Shown: piece by piece, positions 29,177-38,251 of the stretch
Position numbering within the stretch: the first letter of the stretch is position 1
Layout of the letters: every line of letters begins with the position of its first letter
Origin: an uncultured Deinococcaceae bacterium
Lineage (GTDB): Bacteria; Deinococcota; Deinococci; Deinococcales; Deinococcaceae
NCBI GenBank assembly: GCA_964252075.1
Contig: CAXULY010000046.1
Coordinates: 1 to 40,207 of the forward strand
Length of the DNA stretch: 40,207 bases
Reading direction: 5' to 3'
Notes under the pieces: model-generated
The model's input: only the letters and a program-made list of their open reading frames with translations
What the model was told of the DNA's origin: nothing
Databases searched by the model: none
Program-made: the position numbers and the translations under genes

Positions 29177-30052
29177 TCAAGTGGACCTGCGCGCAGACCA
29201 CGAGGCGAACACCTCGAACACGTCAAGCCCTCGCGTCTGAGGCACCCGGCTCAACAACTCAGCGGGCAACGCCCCAGCACCGATCCGCGCCCCCATCACC
29301 TGCCCGGCGATCGACGCCACCGTGTCCGTATCACCCCCCGAATCGATCACCTGCCCCAACACCGCCTCAAAACCCAGATCAGGACCTCGCGACGCGGCCA
29401 GGAGCGCCAACGGGACCGACTCCACCACGAACCCTGACGCTCCGGACTGAGCGGCCACCGCTTGAATGGACCGTTCCGACGCACGCTCCAGCGCCAGGAG
29501 CCGGTCGCGGACACGGCTGTCCGGCAGCCGACCTGCCAGGACGGCAAGCTGGACCTCCTGACCCATGCCCGCGGCCTGGATCGCGAGGATGACGGCCAGC
29601 GCGCCCACGTCCGCCTCGTCGTGGTGATGCGTGATGCGGCAGACATCGCGCAACACCTGCCGTGACCGAGCGTCGCTCCCATCCAGAATGAACGCCAGGG
29701 GCGCCACGCGCATGGCCGCGCCGTTCCCCGCAGCGCGCTCACCTCGCGCGCCGGCGAGCGCCCAGTGCGCCCCGAGAGACAGGTCCCGCAACGCCTTGAG
29801 CGTGCTGGCCCCCACGCCCGTCAACCGACCTTCGCGGAACCACACCAAGAAGCGAGCGGCGATCCGTTCGGGCAGCACGCGCTCCACATCCAGGATCGCC
29901 TCGCACGTGGCGATCGTGAGTTGCGTGTCGTCCGTCAGGTGCCACGGCTGCGAGATGGCCGCACCGATCCCAGCGCCCTCCGCGGTGCTCCCCCAGGCGT
30001 CGCCGATGGCGCCACCGAGCAGACAGCCAAGGATCTGCTCGTGCGAAGCCAT
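29177..30052 (-). CDS. ADP-ribosylglycohydrolase (DraG/ARH family)
   Basis: GCLLGGAIGDAWG, TDDTQ, GNGAAMRVAP, ITHH, GGDTDT. Confidence 0.93.
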   Translation of the reverse strand: MASHEQILGCLLGGAIGDAWGSTAEGAGIGAAISQPWHLTDDTQLTIATCEAILDVERVLPERIAARFLVWFREGRLTGVGASTLKALRDLSLGAHWALAGARGERAAGNGAAMRVAPLAFILDGSDARSRQVLRDVCRITHHHDEADVGALAVILAIQAAGMGQEVQLAVLAGRLPDSRVRDRLLALERASERSIQAVAAQSGASGFVVESVPLALLAASRGPDLGFEAVLGQVIDSGGDTDTVASIAGQVMGARIGAGALPAELLSRVPQTRGLDVFEVFASWSARRST

Positions 30053-30270
30053 GGCGTCCATTCTGCGGAGCATGCCTCAGGGACACGCGTGAGAACACGC
30101 CCTCGAGCTCAGCGCGGCCATCTTCCACGTCCCTATGCAGACCAGTTTGGACTGTGTACTATGCTCAGACCAGGGAACTGGAGTCAAGAAGGCGGGCAGC
30201 GTCACGGACCAGCGTTGCTGTACCTTGTCGTCCCCCGCTCAGGGGCGGCCTACTTCCCTTGATGCTGAAC

Positions 30271-31686
30271 TCAGGCGGTCTTCCGGGCGGCCGCTGCACC
30301 CGCCGGTCCGGCAGCAGCGCCGCCCATGACCGTCCGCACGCTGCGCCCCGCGGCGCGGCCCGCGTTCATGGCGGGCGCCGCGCCGGCACTCACGCCCCGT
30401 GCCGCGCCCGCCACGCCCATGCTCGGGACGCTCCCCCCGGCATTCGCGCCGAGCAGACCGCCGATGATGTTCGGCAGCATCCGGATGATGGCCGCGCCCA
30501 CACCGAGGGACACGATGAGCGTCATGATCATGACGAGCATGCCCAGCGCGATGTGCAGCACCGCGCCGCCCAGCGCGCTGGCGTAACTGATGAAGGTGTT
30601 CCCGAACTGACAGAAGGCCGTCATGGGCGCGCCCACCACCTGTTGAATGAAGCCGTCCCCGCCGTTCTGATCCGCGCAGGCCTGCGCGACGCCAGCGTAC
30701 TGGGCGATCTCCGCTTTCGCCTGGGCGTTTAGTGGCTCGATCTGCGACAGGATGTACCGCGTGGGCTGACTGAGGGCCATGCGGGACGTCATCACCACGA
30801 TGTGCGGCGCGAGGCCCACCGTCACGATGGCCGTCACCCACGTCATCACGATGAGCTTCACGCCCGCGCTGTGCCCGTGCGCCCAGAACGCCATCGCGAT
30901 GGGCAGCGCCATCATGCCGAGGATCACCGAGAGGCCTGACAGGTACACGACGCCCGCGAAGGCCATGAAGAAGCCCATCAGGAGCAGGTACCCGATCTGG
31001 TAAATCCATGTGAGCGCTGTGAGGGCGTTATGCGCGCTCTGGTTGACGGTCTGCACGAGGGTGGTGGCTTGCTGCGCGGTCCCGGTGGCGTCCAAGTCTG
31101 CGGTCGGCAGCGTCCCGCCGACGCTGTTGATGCTGGCGTTCTCGCTGATCACGCTGGTGCTGAGGGTCGCGGCCGCCACGAAGTCGTTCATCGCCACCGC
31201 CAGCTTCTTCGTGTCCGCGATCACGCCGTCCTGCAGCTGGTCTTTCGTCGCACCCGTCGAGCGCGCGTACACCGTCGCCCAGACGTCCATCGGCGCGCGG
31301 TACAGGCTGCCGGCCGCGCCGACGTTCCCGACGGCAGCATTGATGATCGCCACCGCGAAGACGCTCATCATAAGGCTCCTCAGGATGGCGGTCATGTTCC
31401 GGGCGGGCCAGTGCCTGATGACACCCAGCACGAAACCCGCCAGGACGATCACCGTGCCGATCTTCTGCATGGCGGGAAAGATGCGGGTGCCCCGGATGAT
31501 GTGGAAGGTGTCCTGCAGCCACTGCACGGCGTTCGGGACGAAGGCGTCCACGTTGATGGCGTCGCTCAGCTGCCCGGTGGAAGAGGCGTGCGCGATGCCC
31601 GTCATGGCCAGCAGGAACACCAGCGCGGCGAGCACTTTAGAACATGTCGTTCGTGTCGAGGTCACTCGGGTCACCCCCCATCGCAC
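30271..31686 (-). CDS. VirB6/TrbL-like polytopic membrane protein (start uncertain)
   Basis: Multiple TM segments and a Gly/Ala-rich C-tail; follows the VirB5-like gene. Confidence 0.75.
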   Translation of the reverse strand: MRWGVTRVTSTRTTCSKVLAALVFLLAMTGIAHASSTGQLSDAINVDAFVPNAVQWLQDTFHIIRGTRIFPAMQKIGTVIVLAGFVLGVIRHWPARNMTAILRSLMMSVFAVAIINAAVGNVGAAGSLYRAPMDVWATVYARSTGATKDQLQDGVIADTKKLAVAMNDFVAAATLSTSVISENASINSVGGTLPTADLDATGTAQQATTLVQTVNQSAHNALTALTWIYQIGYLLLMGFFMAFAGVVYLSGLSVILGMMALPIAMAFWAHGHSAGVKLIVMTWVTAIVTVGLAPHIVVMTSRMALSQPTRYILSQIEPLNAQAKAEIAQYAGVAQACADQNGGDGFIQQVVGAPMTAFCQFGNTFISYASALGGAVLHIALGMLVMIMTLIVSLGVGAAIIRMLPNIIGGLLGANAGGSVPSMGVAGAARGVSAGAAPAMNAGRAAGRSVRTVMGGAAAGPAGAAAARKTA

Positions 31687-32605
31687 TGCTGATGCCGTCC
31701 GCTGCTGTGCCGATGATGCTCTGCATCTGATCCCCCGCGTCCTGCGCTTCCTGCTGACGCGCGCGGACCTGCTGCAGCGCTTCCTGCGCCTTCGCGGTGC
31801 GGTCCCGCAGCATACCGTTCACGAGTTCGGAGAGCTGCTTGTTCGTGACCTGCGTCTCGCGCACCTGCTGGCTGAGGCCGGTGGTGAGCGCCGTGGCGTT
31901 GTACGCGCTGGAGGTGATGAGTTCCGCCTGCGCGCGCACCATGACCTGCGTGGCTTCGCGGGTGCTCTGCGCGTCCATCGCGGCCTGCGTGAGGGTTACG
32001 GCGTTCTGCGCGCTCTGGTCCGCGCGGCCCTTTGTTTCATCCACGGTCTTCTTGCTCTCTTCGACGTACGCGGCGCCGTCCGCGACGTCCTGTACGTTCT
32101 GACTGGCTTTCTTCCCGGCGTCCGCGATGATCTGCGCGCTGGTGTAGCGGTCCTGAGCGAGGTTCTGATTGACCGCGAGGGTGCCTTCCTGCCGGGTGCC
32201 CTTCTCCTGCGGGTCGAGGAAGGCGAGGTTCACGACGCTCCCCGCGCGGTCCACGATGCCCTGGCGGATCTCGTTGACTTTCGCCTGCCAGCCACTGAGG
32301 GTCCCGAGAAGCCCCTTCACGTCGATGCCCGCGAGCTTCAGGCCGTAATCGCCGGCGCGCCCGAGCAGTTGCTGGGCGACGTCGTTGTAATTCACCGAAC
32401 CGAAAATATCGTTCTTGAGTTGATCGAGGTTGCTCAGGCTCTTGACCCACTGCTGGATCTGCTGAATGAACTGCCACACTTGCCCCACCTGGCCCAAGCT
32501 GCCCTGATTGAGGGCCTGCGCGGGCGCGGCGGACAGGCTGCCGAGCGCGACGCCGAGCAGCAGGGCGCAGGCGAAGGGGCGGCGTTCAGGTGTTCGTCGG
32601 TGCAT
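31637..32605 (-). CDS. VirB5/TrbJ-like secreted coiled-coil protein
   Basis: SD GGAG; signal peptide ending AQA; Gln-rich helices; lies between virB4 and virB6. Confidence 0.7.
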   Translation of the reverse strand: MHRRTPERRPFACALLLGVALGSLSAAPAQALNQGSLGQVGQVWQFIQQIQQWVKSLSNLDQLKNDIFGSVNYNDVAQQLLGRAGDYGLKLAGIDVKGLLGTLSGWQAKVNEIRQGIVDRAGSVVNLAFLDPQEKGTRQEGTLAVNQNLAQDRYTSAQIIADAGKKASQNVQDVADGAAYVEESKKTVDETKGRADQSAQNAVTLTQAAMDAQSTREATQVMVRAQAELITSSAYNATALTTGLSQQVRETQVTNKQLSELVNGMLRDRTAKAQEALQQVRARQQEAQDAGDQMQSIIGTAADGISSAMGGDPSDLDTNDMF

Positions 32606-32613
32606 GGGTGCTC

Positions 32614-35157
32614 CTACGCGCTCGCGAGCGCACGAATGGCGGCGAGGGTGTTCCCACCCTTGTCCTGAATGACCGCGCTCCTGCGGGCGCGCTCTTCCGG
32701 GTGGCTGGTGAACATCCAGTACTCCAGCTGCGACGGGAAGTACTGCACCACGTCCCCGCGGATGCCTTCCTCCCGCACGGTGAGTGCGAGGTACTCGCGG
32801 AACACGCCCTTCTCGCCGCCCAGCGAGAGGATCAGCTCGTGCTGCGCCTCGTTCAGCCCCAGCACGTCCTTGACGGTGGCGGCCTCCTCCGCGCTGACCT
32901 TGCCGATGAGAAAAAAGCTGGTGTTGTTGATGAGGCCCTTGCCTTTCTGGAAATCCCCGATCTCCTGCGTCACCCCCACCGGCCACAGGTTGTACGCGCG
33001 CCCCAGCTTGTAGAGCGTCGCGACGAACTCCAGCGCCTCGGGAATGCCGAACAGCACCCCGATCTCCTCGATGACGATGGACTTGATCACCTCTGAGGGG
33101 AGTTTCTTCGCTCGGTCCCAGATGGACTTGATGATGAGCAGCAGCGCGACGCGCGCCACGTCGGGGTTGTCGCGGATGGCGCTGATGTCGAAGTAGGTGA
33201 AGCGGTTCGTGAGGTCCACGGTGCTGGCGCCGTCCAGGAAGCGGCCGAGCGCGGTGTTCCCCACGAAGGTCTGGAGGCCGATGGCGAGGCGCTTGGTGAG
33301 CGCGCGCGCCTCTTGGTTGGTGGAGAGGGACTCGCTGCCCACCTGATTCAGGTTGTTCAGTGCCTTCACGAAGTCCCCGAGGGTCACCGCGTCGTGGCTG
33401 ATTCGACCACCCTTGGTGTTGCGCGCACCGGCGTACAACTGCTCGATGGCGGCGGCCACGATGGCCTTCTCGACGCTGGGCAGTTCCTTTCCGCCGAGCA
33501 GCGCGGTGATGTAGGCCATCAGGAACAGCTTGTGCTCCTCGGGAACGACGCCGTTCGGGTCGCCCTCCACTTCGCGGGGCAGGTCGAAGGCGTTGAGGCG
33601 CACGGGCGTGCCGTGCGCCGTCCCGTCGGTGGTGCTGCCCGGCGCGAAGGGGACGAACTGCCCGCCGAGCGCCTGCATAAACGACAGGTAGTCGCGCTTC
33701 ATGTCGACGACGGTGAGGTACGCCCCCACACCGGCGAGTTTCGAGGACCAGAACTGCGTGAAGAAGGTCTTGCCGGAGCCGGCGCTGCCGATGATCAGCG
33801 TGCCGTAATTCAGGGTGTGGTCGCTGGGGTTCAGGCCGCTGAGTGACCCCCAGCGGCTGCGCATCACGGCGATGGGTTTCGTGCTGCCCGCCCACGGCCC
33901 GATCACCGGAATGAAATGCGCGACGTTCTGCGAGAACGCGCGGAACATGAAGTCGTTGTCCTGCGCGTTCAGCGGCGCGAGCCTGTGGATGTACTGAGCG
34001 ATGTTCGCGACGGTGCCGTACGCGGCCTTCCCGCCGCCCATCATGCTCATCTCCGAGACGGTCACCTGCTTCATGTGCTCCAGCTCCGCCTTGTCCTTCG
34101 CGATCAGCACCACCGACACCCCGAAGCGGAACACCTGCTCCTCGCTTCGGGTGAGTTCGTACAGCACCGCGCTGATGCTGTCGAGGCTCGCGGTGTTCCC
34201 CACGTCCGGCGTGCCCATGCTGGCGTCCGTGGCGCTCGTCGCCACGCCGCGCGCCGCGTTGTTCAGGCGCTTGCGCTCGTCGAGCTGCGGCAGGTGGTCC
34301 ATGTCCACCACGTAGTACACGTGGTGGCCCGCGAGGCGCGTGAGGAGGCGCTGACTCATGTTCGGCCAGGTGCTGTCGCCGACGTCCTGCAGGTTCACCG
34401 TCTGCACGTAGCGGTCCCCGACGACGAGGCTGTCGATGCGGCTGGTGTCCACCTCGCTCGCCACCACCTGGCGGCGCATGGTGTCCGCCTGGTGGCTGTG
34501 GTCGCGCTTCAGGGTCAGCAGGGACACCTTGGGGGGCTTCACGACACTCTTGAACAGCGGCTTTCGGGCCGCCGCGAGCCCGGGGTTGTACCAGCGGTGG
34601 ATCAGCTCGAACGCGTCCTGCCCGAGCAGCGGCCAGGCGGTGAAGCCCGCCGCGTTCAGCATGTTCAGCAGGCGCTCCCGCACGGAGTTCGCGCGGCGCA
34701 GCAGGTTCGTCAGTTCACTCTCCAGGAACGGGTGCGTCATGGCGCGTTTCAGCTGCTTGTTGTCCAGGCGGATGGTGAAGAAGGACCGCCAGGTGCTGAG
34801 CTGCCCCTCAACACGGCGGCGCTCGAAGGTGCGCGCCTCGTCTTTCATCATGAATTCCAGCAGGTCGTTGCCGGCCTGCCCGGGGTGCTGCGCGCGCATC
34901 ATCTCGTCGTCGCTGAGCGGCGCGCACTCGATGATGATGCGGCCCCGGCAGCGTTCAGGCACCGCCTGCAGCATGATCATGCGCAGGGTGTTGCTGAGCT
35001 GCGCGCTGCGTTCCCGGGTGACTTCCGCCGCGGTCGGCAGGGTGAACTGCACCGCGATTTCGACACCGCGCTTGCGGGTGATGACGGCGCCGTCTTTGAT
35101 GCCGTAGTAGACGAGGGCTTCGGTGAGGCTGTTGCGTCGGTTTCGCTGATAGTCCAT
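32614..35157 (-). CDS. virB4: VirB4-family conjugation ATPase
   Basis: IGSAGSGKT, VVDMKRDY, VIEEIG, GRAYN...VTQ; 847 aa. Confidence 0.92.
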   Translation of the reverse strand: MDYQRNRRNSLTEALVYYGIKDGAVITRKRGVEIAVQFTLPTAAEVTRERSAQLSNTLRMIMLQAVPERCRGRIIIECAPLSDDEMMRAQHPGQAGNDLLEFMMKDEARTFERRRVEGQLSTWRSFFTIRLDNKQLKRAMTHPFLESELTNLLRRANSVRERLLNMLNAAGFTAWPLLGQDAFELIHRWYNPGLAAARKPLFKSVVKPPKVSLLTLKRDHSHQADTMRRQVVASEVDTSRIDSLVVGDRYVQTVNLQDVGDSTWPNMSQRLLTRLAGHHVYYVVDMDHLPQLDERKRLNNAARGVATSATDASMGTPDVGNTASLDSISAVLYELTRSEEQVFRFGVSVVLIAKDKAELEHMKQVTVSEMSMMGGGKAAYGTVANIAQYIHRLAPLNAQDNDFMFRAFSQNVAHFIPVIGPWAGSTKPIAVMRSRWGSLSGLNPSDHTLNYGTLIIGSAGSGKTFFTQFWSSKLAGVGAYLTVVDMKRDYLSFMQALGGQFVPFAPGSTTDGTAHGTPVRLNAFDLPREVEGDPNGVVPEEHKLFLMAYITALLGGKELPSVEKAIVAAAIEQLYAGARNTKGGRISHDAVTLGDFVKALNNLNQVGSESLSTNQEARALTKRLAIGLQTFVGNTALGRFLDGASTVDLTNRFTYFDISAIRDNPDVARVALLLIIKSIWDRAKKLPSEVIKSIVIEEIGVLFGIPEALEFVATLYKLGRAYNLWPVGVTQEIGDFQKGKGLINNTSFFLIGKVSAEEAATVKDVLGLNEAQHELILSLGGEKGVFREYLALTVREEGIRGDVVQYFPSQLEYWMFTSHPEERARRSAVIQDKGGNTLAAIRALASA

Positions 35158-35466
35158 GCCCTAATGTCCGTGCGCGCGGCCGTTGAGACGGCAAATCGCG
35201 GTTTGAGGGGAGTCATATGCCACTGGCGGGCGGGGTGATCCTCTGCTTCTGGTGTTAAGGGGGTGCGCAAAAATGGAAAACCCGGAAAGAAACCAGGAAG
35301 CGATAAGCTTCGAGGAGTCTTTCCGAGCGGGCACAGAGGCAGATGCCTGTGTGACCTCATCACCGCAGTGATGTGGGTGCTCAGGTGGTCCGGCGTGTCA
35401 CGCAGAGCGGGCGGGCACGCATTCAATCACGAGGTGGTCCTCGAGTACACCGATCCGGTGATCGGT

Positions 35467-36411
35467 TCAGGCGGTGAAGACCTGGATGTCTTCGCCGTGT
35501 TCCTCCTTCAGCTGAGCTTCCAGGTCGCTGCGGTCGATCTTGGCGATCATGTCCGAAGCGATGGTCGTCCAGCCGCGGGTGACCACGTAGAGCGTCACGT
35601 CACTGAGCGGGTTGCGCTCGGCGATGCGGGGCACCCTGACGTCGTCGCCGTGCACTCTGTACTGGTGCGCGACGATGCGTTCCTGCTGAGCGGCGAAGAG
35701 TTGCAGGCGCAAGCTTCTCGCGGTCTTCAGGCGGTCGAAGTGAGGAACGAAACCTCCTGTCATGTACGCGAAGTGCTTGTGGGTGGTGAGCACACGAAGC
35801 GCTTCGGTCCATCCACGCAGCTGATCCGTCGGGGTCTCGCCAAAGTTCAGGTGCACGCGGGCGGTCCTGAGGAGCTGCTGCACTTCGAGTTCCGTCTCCA
35901 GGGCGATGAGACGCCGGTCGTCGTTGGAGGACTGCGAAGCAGTGGCCTGGTTGACGCGGCTCTCAGCGAACACCGGGGTGACGGAGTGGCAGATGTCGTC
36001 GAGCTCCGCGAGGGCGCGCTTGATGCCGGGCATGCCTTCATCAATGCGGCCTTTCGCGACGTGGACGCTGCAGAACTTCTCAGGGTTCTCCGGGCGACCG
36101 CGCATGAAGGCCTCGTCACGAATGACGTTCATCAGCGCGTACCGGAAGTCCTGAATGAGTTCTTCGGCGACTTTCTGCTGCGACGCCACCACCCTCGTGC
36201 GGTAATCGATCAGACGACCGAGGACCGCTTTCGCTTCGGTCTGGGGAGCGGCGATCAATTCCTTGACGGCGCTTTCCAGAAACGGCTTGAAGCGCGAGCG
36301 CAGGATCTTGTACGCGATGCCTTCCAGCTGCTTTTTGGGCAGGCTGAGGACGTGCGGGTCAAGGGTGCGGGCGGCTTCGAGGGCGGCGGTGATGTTCAGG
36401 GCAGTGGTCAT
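35467..36411 (-). CDS. hypothetical protein (314 aa, mostly helical)
   Basis: Long, well-coded ORF; SD GGAG; no motif recognised. Confidence 0.8.
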   Translation of the reverse strand: MTTALNITAALEAARTLDPHVLSLPKKQLEGIAYKILRSRFKPFLESAVKELIAAPQTEAKAVLGRLIDYRTRVVASQQKVAEELIQDFRYALMNVIRDEAFMRGRPENPEKFCSVHVAKGRIDEGMPGIKRALAELDDICHSVTPVFAESRVNQATASQSSNDDRRLIALETELEVQQLLRTARVHLNFGETPTDQLRGWTEALRVLTTHKHFAYMTGGFVPHFDRLKTARSLRLQLFAAQQERIVAHQYRVHGDDVRVPRIAERNPLSDVTLYVVTRGWTTIASDMIAKIDRSDLEAQLKEEHGEDIQVFTA

Positions 36412-36565
36412 GGCGGGCTCTCTTTCTCCGGCTGGCGAGAGGGATGTCCCTTTCGCCAACCGGATGGTTGGGAAAGGGGTCCTTCGCGCGTCTGGAGGCG
36501 AGAGAACCGGGCGGGGGATGAATCAGCGCGTCATGGTCCGCCAAGGGGAGGACCGTGACGGTGCG

Positions 36566-37075
36566 TCAGTCCTGGTGGACGAAACGCACGTGCCGACCGA
36601 GCGTGCGGGTGCGCGGGGGTGCCGGAACTTCAGGGGTCGAGCGGAACGTGCAGGGCTGTGCGGTGAAGGAGGCGTCTGAGCGGCCGTGGGAAGCGAGGAC
36701 GCGGAGGCGCTCTTCGACTTCCGCTTCCACTTCGAAGATCACCGCGAAGGCCCATGAGGGGTCCGTGGCGGTGACTTCGACGGTGGCGGCGTCAAACACT
36801 CCTGCGGCGGTGAAGGTGCCGTCATGGTGAACCGTGATGATGGTGCCTTCCCAGCCCTGCACGACCAGGTCGTACGGCTCATCTTCCGTGTCCGCGAGGG
36901 GCGCTCCAGCGTGCTGGAGTTTCCTGAACCACTCCGGAGACAGCAGCAGGTGCTGTCTGGTTCGGCTGAGGTTCTGGACGAAGTCCGTCAGGTCGTGCGT
37001 TGTGCCGTCGATCCTGAGGGTGATGCGGTCCAGCGGGCGGGGGGTGGTGAGCGCAGCGAGCAGGTCGTGATCCAC
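36566..37075 (-). CDS. hypothetical protein (169 aa)
   Basis: SD AAAGGA 8 nt before GTG; protein-like composition. Confidence 0.7.
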   Translation of the reverse strand: MDHDLLAALTTPRPLDRITLRIDGTTHDLTDFVQNLSRTRQHLLLSPEWFRKLQHAGAPLADTEDEPYDLVVQGWEGTIITVHHDGTFTAAGVFDAATVEVTATDPSWAFAVIFEVEAEVEERLRVLASHGRSDASFTAQPCTFRSTPEVPAPPRTRTLGRHVRFVHQD

Positions 37076-37104
37076 TCATGACGTCCTTTCAGACGAGAGG
37101 CCGT

Positions 37105-37128
37105 GCACCCTGAGTTGCGTCAGGGTGC
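37105..37128. other. intergenic hairpin
   Basis: Perfect 9-bp stem GCACCCTGA-GTTGCG-TCAGGGTGC; no U-tract. Confidence 0.55.
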
Positions 37129-37145
37129 GCAGCGGGGGAGGGGAT

Positions 37146-38108
37146 TCAGGCGGACTTGTAGAAGGCGATCAGCTTGCTGCTGACGCGCTTCGCGAGGTCC
37201 GAGCTGACGCCCAGGGTGGAGGCGGCCGTGTTGAGCCACTCTTGGCCTTTCGCGGCGCCTTCCAGGAGGGTGTGCAGGTACCCTTCGGGAAGTGCGAGCA
37301 CCTCGTCGAGGAGGCCTTCGTCCTCCAGCTCCTGAAGGACTGGACTGAGGGCCGCGAGCTGACGCTGGTGGTCGGCGTCCTCCTCGTCCGTGGTGAGGGT
37401 GTCCCGGAGGACGCCCTGCTCGTCGTCGTCCTGGAAATCCAGGCTGAGGACGCGGTAACCACGGGTCTGGAGGACCTCCAGGGTGTTCCGGACGCGGATG
37501 AGCGTGCGGAAGTACCCCTTCGCGAAGTCCTCATCCTCGCAAGCGTTCCGGATCGCCTGGTACAGCCCTTCCGCCGTGACGGAGAGGCTGAGGCCAAGGT
37601 CGTCGATCCACGCCTGGAGGCTGTCGAGCCTTTCTTGGAGCTTCCGTTCTCCCTGCTGCTCTTCGGCGATGGCCTCGGCGCGCATGGAGAGGGTACTCTC
37701 CATGAATGCATCGAAACGCAGCCGGCCTCTCAAAGGGTCGAAGCGGGCAACGGCGTTTCTGGATTCGGTCCAGAACGCGCTGAACGCTTCCGCTGGCGAG
37801 GTGAATCGCCAGTGGTTGCGCAGGGCCACGACCGCGGTGATCGGGAGCGCGGCGCGCTGCAGGATCTCACGGGCGGCGTCTGCTTCGCCTTCCCCTTCTG
37901 GGATTTCGCGCACCGCAGCGAGGTATTCACTCCACTGCCGTGCCTGGCCTTCTGTGAGCGAGATGCTTTCGACGAACACCGCCATTCGGATGCCGGCGAC
38001 TTCATCGCTCGCGGCCACTGACATCTCTGCTTGTTGGACAGAGGTTTTGGTGTTGAGCCTTGTGCGCAGGTGGGCCTGTGCGACGCCCTTCTCGCTCTGG
38101 TCTTTCAT
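37146..38108 (-). CDS. divergent sigma70-like protein
   Basis: Region 2-like AAREILQRAALP...AVARFDPLRG.LRF; region 3-like VLSLDFQDDDEQGVLRDTL; region 4 HTH-like AASTLGVSSDLAKRV; SD AAGGAG. Confidence 0.7.
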   Translation of the reverse strand: MKDQSEKGVAQAHLRTRLNTKTSVQQAEMSVAASDEVAGIRMAVFVESISLTEGQARQWSEYLAAVREIPEGEGEADAAREILQRAALPITAVVALRNHWRFTSPAEAFSAFWTESRNAVARFDPLRGRLRFDAFMESTLSMRAEAIAEEQQGERKLQERLDSLQAWIDDLGLSLSVTAEGLYQAIRNACEDEDFAKGYFRTLIRVRNTLEVLQTRGYRVLSLDFQDDDEQGVLRDTLTTDEEDADHQRQLAALSPVLQELEDEGLLDEVLALPEGYLHTLLEGAAKGQEWLNTAASTLGVSSDLAKRVSSKLIAFYKSA

Positions 38109-38217
38109 CTGGTTCTCCTTGCCATGACGGCGTTCCCCTGGTGGGGGGCGAGAAACGATCCTTTCGGACCTACTTCAACGTTTGGTAATACAGATCCAGC
38201 CAAGGATCTGATTGGGG

Positions 38218-38246
38218 AGGCTATTTGTAAGGCTCTGTTTTGTCAA
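38218..38246 (-). promoter_or_regulatory. housekeeping-type promoter of the sigma-like gene
   Basis: TTGACA-17 nt-TAGCCT. Confidence 0.8.
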
Positions 38247-38251
38247 GGGGC

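Noticed and set aside
30075..30270. Possible + strand promoter (TACTAT) antisense to virB6
   Set aside because: No properly spaced -35 element or terminator; insufficient support
31637..33895. 752-aa ORF
   Set aside because: The N-terminal part is an off-frame overlap with virB4; the real start is 32605
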